A stretch of 64,000 nt of DNA, from contig CAMSQA010000004.1 in assembly GCA_947062475.1 (NCBI GenBank), forward strand, positions 12,793 to 76,792, read 5' to 3'. This DNA comes from an uncultured Clostridia bacterium. GTDB lineage: Bacteria > Bacillota > Clostridia > Christensenellales > UBA1242. The translations under genes were made by a program, and so were the position numbers. The notes under the pieces are model-generated. The model worked only from the letters and a program-made list of their open reading frames with translations. It had not been told where the DNA came from and searched no databases. Positions 28,301-35,678 of this stretch are shown here, piece after piece (position 1 is the first letter of the stretch; every line of letters starts with the position of its first letter).

Positions 28301-28938
28301 AGAAAAGTATAAGTGCTCTTGGCTATGTCAACGTCAACGCAATTGAAGATTGCAGTGCGTTGTTAGAGCGTTATGATGACTTAAACGGACAGGCTGAAGA
28401 TCTTGAAAAAGCAAAAGATGACCTAAATAAGATTATCAAAGATTTATCTGTTATTATGGTTGAAAAGTTTAGCAATGAACTTGCTCGTATAAATGAAAGC
28501 TTTAAACTTACTTTTAGAGAACTTTTTGGTGGCGGAACTGCCAAACTTGCACTTTCTGATGAAAATGAACCACTTGAATCTGGTGTTGAAATTTTTGCTC
28601 AACCACCAGGAAAGAAAATTCAAAATATGACGCTATTATCAGGTGGAGAAAAGTCATTGACAGCTATGGCAGTAATTTTTGCAATTTTGAGAATAAAACC
28701 TTTGCCATTCTGTCTGTTTGACGAAGTTGAAGCCGCACTTGACGATTCAAACGTTGAAATCGTAGATAAATATCTTAAAAAATTGTCAACTGATACACAA
28801 TTTATCCTTATCACACATAAAAAACCAACAATGGAATATGCAAATGCTTTATTTGGTGTTACAATGGAAGAAAAGGGTGTATCAAAGATTGTTTCTGTAT
28901 TGTTATCAGATGCTATAAAACATGCTCAGGAGGCATAA
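25354..28938 (+). CDS. smc: Chromosome partition protein Smc
   Basis: 1194 aa. Walker A GPNGCGKSN, long coiled coils, hinge (GRATFLPI..), signature LSGGEKSLTA and Walker B LFDEVEAALD. Confidence 0.96.
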   Translation: MIFKKIEMVGFKSFAERTVIEFGDNFTAIVGPNGCGKSNVSDAIRWVLGEQSAKTLRGDSMQDVIFNGTEKRKSLSYCEVTLTFDNSTRFFNFDYDELAITRKLYRSGESEYLINRNTCHLKDITNLLYNSGLGKNGYSVVSQGKVTELVDSKPENRRAMFEDAAGISKYKNDKREAERKLDRTNDNLTRVKDILSEIERQMGPLKKQAENAKKYLEYKANLKDLEVNAYIFQYENANNVKEAINLKLDAINRQLAQREGDIAKANEDYDKCMFDLANFDKVLASLNEKILDITVNLEKQEGETKLARERVNFTLKENDRLNLDKTNCERAIEIGTEEKCKKEEQLKSLKADLEALERAFDELSESYLKIANELTLSEDEAGQSQQKVIETLGSLSDIKSSVSRLLAEKELLSTNLVNLQTDITSLSSKKNENEASLNEIKADLEEKENNLQSLKTEVDNLASQNYIHERKIKELENEKANTITQIKVFENRKKLLTDLQNEYDGYSYAVKKLLKEGDRNPVIKDKIVGVVASLIKVPEKFETAVEVALGGSLQNIVTYDEEGAKYLIRFLKEHSFGRATFLPITSMKRREFDKRLISGVNGCFGLASELVDFDSNISSVVSNLLGATVIVDNLETAVSLAKTTRYSFRIVTLEGDIVNPQGSLTGGSKKAESSNLMGREREIENLGIDIAKLETRLKTIEQEEANLSGDLSNKKANFALLTEKKNNLEIIIASSKEKLDKYQSALAEAEDNLKVAQMEEETVQNKINLISDELSRSEKIESALSGNKEDADELIKEKKEQFEALRNQREQINKNILTVKVEIAEAKTKISSIEEDLLRINNELGRQKSNEKNIIEQISQNEQFILSCEEMIKQKLASAPMSDKKVELEQYILKRQIAEEDKAKLSDKIKELDNFKTSLMSEISNIKDKKFKEEMNLSKVDTELEQMQERIYEEYSLSYSTCLEFRRPDFNIDVAMPEIAKLKKSISALGYVNVNAIEDCSALLERYDDLNGQAEDLEKAKDDLNKIIKDLSVIMVEKFSNELARINESFKLTFRELFGGGTAKLALSDENEPLESGVEIFAQPPGKKIQNMTLLSGGEKSLTAMAVIFAILRIKPLPFCLFDEVEAALDDSNVEIVDKYLKKLSTDTQFILITHKKPTMEYANALFGVTMEEKGVSKIVSVLLSDAIKHAQEA

Positions 28939-29835
28939 ATGGGATTCTTTAAAAAAATTGGAAATGCACTAAAGAAAACTAGAGAAGCTTTGGCACGCAA
29001 GATTGATGCTCTTCTCAGTCATGGAGAACTTGATGATGACTTTTTTGATGAACTCACCGATGTGCTTATTTCTTGCGATATCGGCGTGAGAACAAGCATG
29101 GAAATTGTTGACAATCTTCGCATTAGGGCAAGAAAGAATAAGATTCGCAACACAGAAGATGTCAAAAAAGAATTAAAAGAAATCATTAAAGAGGATTTTT
29201 CAAATGTAGAAAATATTCAAATAGAATATCCCGCAATAATCACAATTGTAGGTGTAAACGGAGTTGGGAAAACTACCACCATTGGAAAATTGTCAAAATA
29301 TTTTAAAAATCAAAAGAAAGAAGTCACTCTAGTTGCAGGAGATACATTTAGAGCTGCCGCCTCAAACCAATTAAATGAATGGGCAGAACGGACTAAAACT
29401 AGAATTATAAAACATGCAGAAGGTGCTGATGCCGCTGCTGTTGTTTATGATGGAATCTCAAGTGCAAAGGCAAAAGGGACTGATGTTTTATTGGTGGATA
29501 CAGCAGGAAGACTTCACACCAAAACTAATCTTATGGAAGAACTTAAAAAGATAGATAGAGTAATCAATCGCGAATATCCAGATGCCCATAAATACACTTT
29601 AATTGTCCTTGATGCAACAACAGGACAAAATGCACTAAATCAAATAAATGCTTTTAATGAATTTGTCAAAATTGATGGAATAATTCTCACAAAACTTGAC
29701 GGAACAGCAAAAGGCGGTGTTGTGGTTGCCATTGAAAAAGATTATCATCTTCCTGTTGCTTTTGTTGGTGTTGGAGAAGGAGTAGATGACCTTGAAAAAT
29801 TTGATTATAATGACTTTATAGATAATTTATTTTGA
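28939..29835 (+). CDS. ftsY: Signal recognition particle receptor FtsY (NG domain only)
   Basis: GVNGVGKTTTIGKL, DTAGRL and TKLDGTAKGG. RBS aggagg. Confidence 0.93.
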   Translation: MGFFKKIGNALKKTREALARKIDALLSHGELDDDFFDELTDVLISCDIGVRTSMEIVDNLRIRARKNKIRNTEDVKKELKEIIKEDFSNVENIQIEYPAIITIVGVNGVGKTTTIGKLSKYFKNQKKEVTLVAGDTFRAAASNQLNEWAERTKTRIIKHAEGADAAAVVYDGISSAKAKGTDVLLVDTAGRLHTKTNLMEELKKIDRVINREYPDAHKYTLIVLDATTGQNALNQINAFNEFVKIDGIILTKLDGTAKGGVVVAIEKDYHLPVAFVGVGEGVDDLEKFDYNDFIDNLF

Positions 29836-29847
29836 TACGAGGTTTAT

Positions 29848-30318
29848 ATGAAAAAAAATTTAAATATTAAATATGTCCAAAGTCAAAATGAAGATAAACA
29901 AAAGTTTATTGGTGCTATTTTAGATGAAAAACTTATAGGTTTTTTAAGATATAAGATAAAAAGAGATCAAGCTTGGCTTTACAATGTTGAAGTTTTTAGA
30001 GAATTTAGACATCTTAAAAATGAGCAAATAGGTTCTAATCTTATGCGCATATTTGAAAATGATTGCCATAGTAGTTCTGTTTGGTGTATTGAAGGCAAAT
30101 ATTGGCCAAAGGGTGAAGAAGGCGCTGTTGTAAAAAGATTTTATGATCGAAATGGTTATAAAATTGAAAGAGAAGATTATGATCTTATAGTTTACAAACT
30201 ATCGCCATCTAAAACTGAATTACCTTTTGAAATTGAAACTATAGAATACGACAAATTTGATGTGATTTTTGAAGAATTTATTCAAAAAATTGATGAATGT
30301 GAATTAGAAAATGATTAA
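29848..30318 (+). CDS. Hypothetical protein, possibly GNAT-fold acetyltransferase
   Basis: 156-aa ORF with an RBS. Only weak GNAT-like pattern (LYNVEVFREFRHLKNEQIGSNLM.., FYDRNGYK). Confidence 0.4.
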   Translation: MKKNLNIKYVQSQNEDKQKFIGAILDEKLIGFLRYKIKRDQAWLYNVEVFREFRHLKNEQIGSNLMRIFENDCHSSSVWCIEGKYWPKGEEGAVVKRFYDRNGYKIEREDYDLIVYKLSPSKTELPFEIETIEYDKFDVIFEEFIQKIDECELEND

Positions 30319-30328
30319 ATTTTAAATG

Positions 30329-30356
30329 AAAAGGTGGATATTTCCTCCTTTTTTTT
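30329..30356 (+). terminator. Rho-independent terminator after the GNAT-like gene
   Basis: aaggtgga-tatt-tcctcctt stem (one mismatch) plus T8. Confidence 0.6.
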
Positions 30357-30445
30357 AATCAAAATAATTAAATTTTAGATAGACAAGCAAGTTTCGACAA
30401 ATTTCTACATATATATTGCTATCGAGTTTTTCGAGGGCGGTGTTT

Positions 30446-31180
30446 ATGATTTATGAAAGTTTCGCGAAATTTATGGGACAAATTTGTTGTTTCACATCTT
30501 TTGTAAGTTCTATTCAAGGCTTTCCTAAGCCTCTTTCTAAAGAAGAAGAAAGTGTTTGGATTGAAAAACTTGAAGCAGGTAACAAAGAGGCTCGAGATGT
30601 TTTAATCAATCATAATTTAAGATTAGTTGCACATATTGTCAAAAAATATAATAATTCTCTTGAGGCAGATGACCTTATATCAGTTGGCACTATTGGGCTT
30701 ATAAAGGCAGTTGACAGTTTTGATAGTCAAAAGGGGGTGCTTCTTTCAACTTATGCTTCTCGCTGTATTGAAAATGAAATATTGATGCTTATACGATCTA
30801 ATAAAAAACATAAAGATACTATATCTCTTAATACCATGCTTGCACCAAAAAATGATAGTGATGATTTAGAACTTGCAAATTTAATTCCTTCAGAGGATGA
30901 AGATGATGTATTTGAACAGGTAGAAGTTGGCTGTCTTATGATGGATGTCATGAAGATTATGGAACAAAACTTAAATAAAATGGAGCAAGAAATCTTGAAA
31001 TACAGATATGGTCTTTGTGGATATACAATAAAAACACAAAAGGAAGTTGCTGATATTTTTGGAATTTCCAGGTCTTATATTTCTCGAATTGAAAATAAAA
31101 TTATTAAAATATTACAAAAAAACATTGCAAAAGAAAATTTTGATGAAAAAGATATACAAATACTTAAAAATTTAAAATAA
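30446..31180 (+). CDS. sigK: Sporulation-type sigma factor with pro-sequence (SigK-like; SigE/SigK family)
   Basis: Hydrophobic leader of about 25 aa, then GFPKPLSKEEE, NHNLRLVAHIVKKY, DLISVGTIGLIKAV, STYASRCIENEILM and the region 4 HTH QKEVADIFGISRSYISRIE. 244 aa from ATG 30446. No spoIIGA upstream, which favours sigK over sigE. Confidence 0.6.
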   Translation: MIYESFAKFMGQICCFTSFVSSIQGFPKPLSKEEESVWIEKLEAGNKEARDVLINHNLRLVAHIVKKYNNSLEADDLISVGTIGLIKAVDSFDSQKGVLLSTYASRCIENEILMLIRSNKKHKDTISLNTMLAPKNDSDDLELANLIPSEDEDDVFEQVEVGCLMMDVMKIMEQNLNKMEQEILKYRYGLCGYTIKTQKEVADIFGISRSYISRIENKIIKILQKNIAKENFDEKDIQILKNLK

Positions 31181-31261
31181 TAAAAAAATTAGAAAATTAA
31201 GTAATTAAAACACAAAAAAATAAAAAAAATATTTAAAAAATAAAAAAATAATTAAAAATTA

Positions 31262-31290
31262 TTGAATAATAGAAAATAATAATATATAAT
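31262..31290 (+). promoter_or_regulatory. Sigma-A-type promoter preceded by an A-tract array, upstream of the 455-aa orphan
   Basis: TTGAAT (31262-31267), 17-nt spacer, TATAAT (31285-31290). The 80 nt upstream are almost pure A-tracts (UP-element-like). Confidence 0.4.
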
Positions 31291-31364
31291 AATTTTGTCA
31301 AATTCATTTATTTTAATCTTTTACTTGACTTTGACGTTCATTTTTATTAAAAGTTGGAGTAAAT

Positions 31365-32732
31365 ATGGACAAACAAGAATTTTATAAATTTGTTGATAAA
31401 TTAATTTTGCCATTGTTTACAGGTTCTTTCATTGAGGGGGAGGCCGAGTCTTCTGTGCGTGATAGTGAAGTTGCATATGGAAAACGTAACTCTCTTCTTA
31501 TAAAACCTACAAAGGCAGATGAATATAGACTTATATTGAAAAGAGGACAGCCTTTTCAAATTTTTGAAGTAAATCTTTTAAAATCTATTATTTCAGAGAT
31601 AAACAAAATTGCACTTATACCACTTGAAGATGACAGTTATCTTTCTGTGCTTCAAGAAAATGCAATAGAAAAATCAATCTGTCAATCAATTTGTGAGCAA
31701 GAAACAGCAAATTGTATGTTTTCGATCATAAATGAAATTCAAAAATGGTCTGCAAGAACTTATGAAGGAAGAAAAATTGCAATTGGAATAATTCTTAATC
31801 TAAGTCAAGATATAAGTGCTCAAGAAGATGCTATCAATTTCTCAAACATAATGAGCAATGACTTTTTTGCACTTTTGAGTGATGGTCTTAATTCTTATAT
31901 AGAATTTGATAAAAAAGGCAATTTAATTGGCTATGTGCAAATGGATAAAGTGAAAAAATTGCCTACAATTTGTCCCTATGAATATGAAAATGTGGCAAGA
32001 TATTGCAACGAGAGAAAAATAGGAATTGTTCTTACAGTCAATGGTGATATTCTTATTTTTAAAAACCGAAATCTTCTTTTTGCTAATAGGCTTGGAAGAT
32101 GGAATATTTATTCTCATGAAGAGGTGATTCAGCTTTTATCTTATAGAGGAAATTATTCTATAAAAGATATTCGTCGTTCAATATATTACACAGCTCTTGA
32201 CAGTTCTTATTCTTATAAAGGAGGATGCATAGTTTATCTAAATAAGGATGAAATTGAAAACGCATTGACACATATAAACGCACATGACATTATTGATGAA
32301 CACTATTTTGAGTTAAAGAAAGCTCAGGTTTTGGAAGTTGCTGGTAGATTATACAATCTTCAAACTCTTTCTTCTGTTGAGGCAACATACAATGTCCCTT
32401 ATCTTACCTTTTTGCAAGAGCAGCGTTGCGTCAAAGCACAATGCATTAGAAAAATAATAAATGGAAAACCTTTTCACGAACTTTCACGAAAACTTAGACT
32501 TGAACTCGTAAGTATGGATGGGGCAATCGTCATCGATAGTGAAGGACGAATTATAGCTGTTGGGGCTATTTTGAAAATAGAAGCAGGAAGTGAAGGTGGA
32601 GGTAGACTTGCTGCCGCAACAACACTTTCTAAGTATGGGACTGCAATTAAAATCTCACAAGATGGGATAATAAAAGCTTTCTTCTCAGATAGAAAAATTA
32701 ATAAAATAAAAGCTTTGTTTACTGTAGGTTAA
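31365..32732 (+). CDS. Hypothetical protein with a C-terminal diadenylate-cyclase (DisA_N/DAC)-like domain lacking the RHR motif
   Basis: 455 aa, RBS ggag. The C-terminus VSMDGAIVIDSEGRIIAVGAILKIEAGSEGGGRLAAATTLSKYGTAIKISQDGIIKAF aligns by eye with the DAC core (hDGAvii..g.I.aAg..LPl....GtRHRAA.g.se.tda..ivVSeetG.is). Confidence 0.6.
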   Translation: MDKQEFYKFVDKLILPLFTGSFIEGEAESSVRDSEVAYGKRNSLLIKPTKADEYRLILKRGQPFQIFEVNLLKSIISEINKIALIPLEDDSYLSVLQENAIEKSICQSICEQETANCMFSIINEIQKWSARTYEGRKIAIGIILNLSQDISAQEDAINFSNIMSNDFFALLSDGLNSYIEFDKKGNLIGYVQMDKVKKLPTICPYEYENVARYCNERKIGIVLTVNGDILIFKNRNLLFANRLGRWNIYSHEEVIQLLSYRGNYSIKDIRRSIYYTALDSSYSYKGGCIVYLNKDEIENALTHINAHDIIDEHYFELKKAQVLEVAGRLYNLQTLSSVEATYNVPYLTFLQEQRCVKAQCIRKIINGKPFHELSRKLRLELVSMDGAIVIDSEGRIIAVGAILKIEAGSEGGGRLAAATTLSKYGTAIKISQDGIIKAFFSDRKINKIKALFTVG

Positions 32733-32735
32733 TGC

Positions 32736-32764
32736 TTGACTATGTTTATCTTTTGTGATATAAT
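32736..32764 (+). promoter_or_regulatory. Consensus sigma-A promoter of rnpB
   Basis: TTGACT (32736-32741), 17-nt spacer, TATAAT (32759-32764). The RNA 5' end is predicted about 8 nt downstream. Confidence 0.6.
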
Positions 32765-32771
32765 TATTTCT

Positions 32772-33093
32772 AAGTTATGCAGACAATCGCATCTTTATTG
32801 ATGAGGAAAGTCCGAGCATCAAGAGAACTGGGTGCTGGCTAACGGCCAGCGGAGGCGACTCTAGGGATAGTGCAACAGAAATAAACCGCCATTTATGGTA
32901 AGGATGGAAAGGTGGTGTAAGAGACCACCGCTTGATTGGAGATGATCAAGGCTCTGTAAACCCCACCTGATGCAAGGTCAAAAGGGTATTGTGCTTGTTC
33001 TCTCACGCCCTGAACGAACCGCTTGAACCTGTCAGCAATGTCAGGTCTAGATAGATGATTGTCTAATACAGAACTCGGCTTACAGCATAACTT
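32772..33093 (+). ncRNA. rnpB: RNase P RNA (bacterial type A)
   Basis: P1 aagttatgc/gcataactt. P4 strands GAGGAAAGTCCGAGC and ACAGAACTCGGCTTAC. GGTAAGGATGGAAAGGTGGTGTAAGAGACCACC is a type-A P10-P12 signature. GTGCAACAGAAA is also present. Own promoter and terminator. Confidence 0.92.
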
Positions 33094-33121
33094 ACCGACC
33101 TTAAAGGTCGGTATTTTTTTT
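33093..33121 (+). terminator. Rho-independent terminator of rnpB
   Basis: taccgacc-ttaaa-ggtcggta hairpin plus T8. Confidence 0.8.
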
Positions 33122-33163
33122 ACTTTATTGTATAAAAAAATAATTTAAGTCAATAAAGATTTT

Positions 33164-34387
33164 ATGACAAAGAGTGAATATATTTTAAGTTTAGAAAATT
33201 TAATAGTAAATAGAGTGAAGTATCATGCTCCTCAAATAAAAGCAGATTTTGATTATGCACTTCTTGATGCTATCGGAATTGATGGAAGTTATCCTATTTT
33301 TATATTTGATAAACCAATTGATAAGATTTATTATAAAGCCTTTTTTGCAGCAAAAAAGAGAGCAGATTTTAATCTTATTTTGACGCAAAAGCCAATTGTT
33401 TCCTCGAGAAAAATAAAACTTCTTAATAAAACATATTTGCTTTATAAAGAAGAAACTGGTTCGAATTTAGCTCATACTTTATCTCAACTTAATATAAATT
33501 ATCTTACGCACAGTGATTTTCAACAAGAGATGAGACATGAATATTTAAAATTTAATGGAAAGGAAATATCTTTTGATTTTCTCCCATATTTTTATGGCAA
33601 AAAAGTAATGGAAGAAGGTATAATTTTTGATGCTAAATGTTTTCTTTTAAACGGGAAAAATTATTATCTATCGTTTACAAATACAACAAATCAAAAAAAG
33701 ATTTTAAATTTTGAATTTAATTTACCTTTGCCACGAGGATATTATAACTTTAAAAAAGGTATTAATTTTATTGAAATAAAAAATCTTACAAATAAAGAAA
33801 AGGCTTATTTCAATTTTAATTTAAAAAATGCAAAAATTTCCTTTTCAACAATGAATGGCATTGAAAGTAGCACATTTGCTTGTGTGAATTTGGAATGTAA
33901 ATTAGAACTTTTGCCTAAGGAAAATCGTAAATGTTATTTCAATTTTGGGGAAAATAAATATCTTCTTTTTTCTCCTAAAGAGATGGAATATTTCTTTGAA
34001 CTTTCACAGACAAAAATGAATGAAATATTTGATTTAAAGGTGACAACTCGTGATAGCCAATTTGATGATCTTTTCAATCGCTCTTTACCGCAGAATATAT
34101 GGGAAAAATGGCAAAAATTTGACGTAGATGAAGAAAGTGAAAATAAATGGATAAAAATGAAAGCTCAAATAATCAAAAATGAAGGTAAGTCAGTTCAGAT
34201 TTCAAAAGATTTTAAAGGACTTAAAGAAGTCCGATTCTTCCGTGATTTAGGGTGGAAGAGGGTTTTTGTCGTGCATAATAATTCGACCTATCTTTTTGCT
34301 GATAGAGTTAAATATTTCAACTTCACTTTATTGACAAAAGAAATATTTGAAAAAAATAATGAAATATACTTGTCTTTTGCTGAGTAG
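33164..34387 (+). CDS. Hypothetical protein (407 aa), family not recognised
   Basis: Clean long ORF with coding-like composition and no TM helix or signal peptide. No SD before the ATG. Confidence 0.55.
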   Translation: MTKSEYILSLENLIVNRVKYHAPQIKADFDYALLDAIGIDGSYPIFIFDKPIDKIYYKAFFAAKKRADFNLILTQKPIVSSRKIKLLNKTYLLYKEETGSNLAHTLSQLNINYLTHSDFQQEMRHEYLKFNGKEISFDFLPYFYGKKVMEEGIIFDAKCFLLNGKNYYLSFTNTTNQKKILNFEFNLPLPRGYYNFKKGINFIEIKNLTNKEKAYFNFNLKNAKISFSTMNGIESSTFACVNLECKLELLPKENRKCYFNFGENKYLLFSPKEMEYFFELSQTKMNEIFDLKVTTRDSQFDDLFNRSLPQNIWEKWQKFDVDEESENKWIKMKAQIIKNEGKSVQISKDFKGLKEVRFFRDLGWKRVFVVHNNSTYLFADRVKYFNFTLLTKEIFEKNNEIYLSFAE

Positions 34388-34405
34388 TATAGTAGAATAT
34401 ATGTA

Positions 34406-35677
34406 ATGAACAACATAAAAAGAGTTCCTCTTGCTGAGAAAATGCGTCCAAAAACTTTTGAAGATTTTGTAGGACAAGAACATATCGTTGGAGAAAATAC
34501 ACTTCTTTATAGGGCTATCAAATATGGCACATTAGGTAGCTGTATTTTTTATGGACCTCCAGGAACGGGAAAAACTACTCTTGCTAATATTATTGCAAAC
34601 ACTTTGAAAGCAAATTATGTGAAAATTAATGCTGTGACAAGCGGTGTTGGTGATGCAAAAGCTATTATAGAAAGGGCAAGATCAGATAAAGCTATGTTTG
34701 GCAACGATACTTTTTTAATTTTGGATGAATGTCATAGATGGAATAAGGCACAATCTGATTGTGTGCTTGAAGCAATTGAAGATGGTTCTATTTTCTTTAT
34801 CGGCACTACTACGGAAAATCCTTATACTTCAATGACGAGGGCTATAGTTTCTAGATGTCGAATATTTGAATTTAAGTCAATCACTTCAAAAGATATAAAG
34901 AAGGCTCTTGTTAGGGCATTAAATGATAAAGAAAATGGTCTGGGGAATATGCCTGTTGTCTGCAGCGAAGAGGCACTTGATTATCTTTCTTTTGCCTGTG
35001 GAGGAGATTTAAGAAATTCTCTTAATTCACTGGAGCTTGCAGTGATGACATCACCTATTGAAAAAGATAAAAAAATTCATTTGACATTAGAGGTTGCACA
35101 GCAGTCAACTGATCGCAAAGTTTTATCTCTTGATGAAAATATGTATTATGATTTTCTTTCTGCTTTTTGTAAGAGTTTGAGAGGAAGTGATGTTGAAGGT
35201 GCGTTATATTATAGTCAGCGACTTATAAAAGCAGGTTGTGATCCTATGATTATTGCAAGAAGATTGGTTGCTCATTCATCAGAAGATGTGGGAATGGCAG
35301 ACAGCAATGCATTACTTCTCTCTACAAGTGCAATGTATGCACTGGAAAAGATGGGGCAGCCCGAAGGTTTAATTCCGCTTTCTCATGCTATAATTTATGT
35401 ATGTGAAGCAGAAAAATCTAATTCAGTGATAAATGCAATGCATTTGGCAGGAGAAGATGCAGAAAAAAATACAGATAATAAAGTCCCAAATCATTTAAAA
35501 AATCATCCTAGCACCAATTCTGATGGTCATGGGAATTATAAATATCCTCATGATTATGGTGGATATGTGAAACAACAGTATTTGCCAGATTCACTTAAAG
35601 ATAGGATTTATTATAAGCCAAGTAAAAATGGAAAAGAAAAAAATTTAATAAGAAAAAAATTTAAAGGAGAAATATAA
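34406..35677 (+). CDS. rarA: Replication-associated recombination protein A (AAA+ ATPase RarA/MgsA)
   Basis: PLAEKMRPKTFEDFVGQEHIVG, Walker A GPPGTGKTTLA, Walker B LILDECHRWNKAQSD, GTTTENPY and the MgsA C-terminal domain (..HLKNHP.., YKYPHDY..QQYLP). Confidence 0.93.
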   Translation: MNNIKRVPLAEKMRPKTFEDFVGQEHIVGENTLLYRAIKYGTLGSCIFYGPPGTGKTTLANIIANTLKANYVKINAVTSGVGDAKAIIERARSDKAMFGNDTFLILDECHRWNKAQSDCVLEAIEDGSIFFIGTTTENPYTSMTRAIVSRCRIFEFKSITSKDIKKALVRALNDKENGLGNMPVVCSEEALDYLSFACGGDLRNSLNSLELAVMTSPIEKDKKIHLTLEVAQQSTDRKVLSLDENMYYDFLSAFCKSLRGSDVEGALYYSQRLIKAGCDPMIIARRLVAHSSEDVGMADSNALLLSTSAMYALEKMGQPEGLIPLSHAIIYVCEAEKSNSVINAMHLAGEDAEKNTDNKVPNHLKNHPSTNSDGHGNYKYPHDYGGYVKQQYLPDSLKDRIYYKPSKNGKEKNLIRKKFKGEI

Positions 35678-35678
35678 A

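Noticed and set aside
30380-30415. Possible sigma-E/sigma-K-type promoter (CATATATAT) upstream of the sigK-like gene
   Set aside because: A CATA-type -10 is present, but I could not find a matching -35 element (AC or ATATT) at the correct spacing. This is too weak to call.
30416-30445. Upstream TTG/other starts given by the ORF track for several genes (30416, 57446, 50511, 52250, 23175, 4863, 10029, 62648, 2656, 41716)
   Set aside because: In each case an internal start has proper SD spacing and matches the conserved N-terminus of the family. The extensions overlap promoters, hairpins or the preceding gene.
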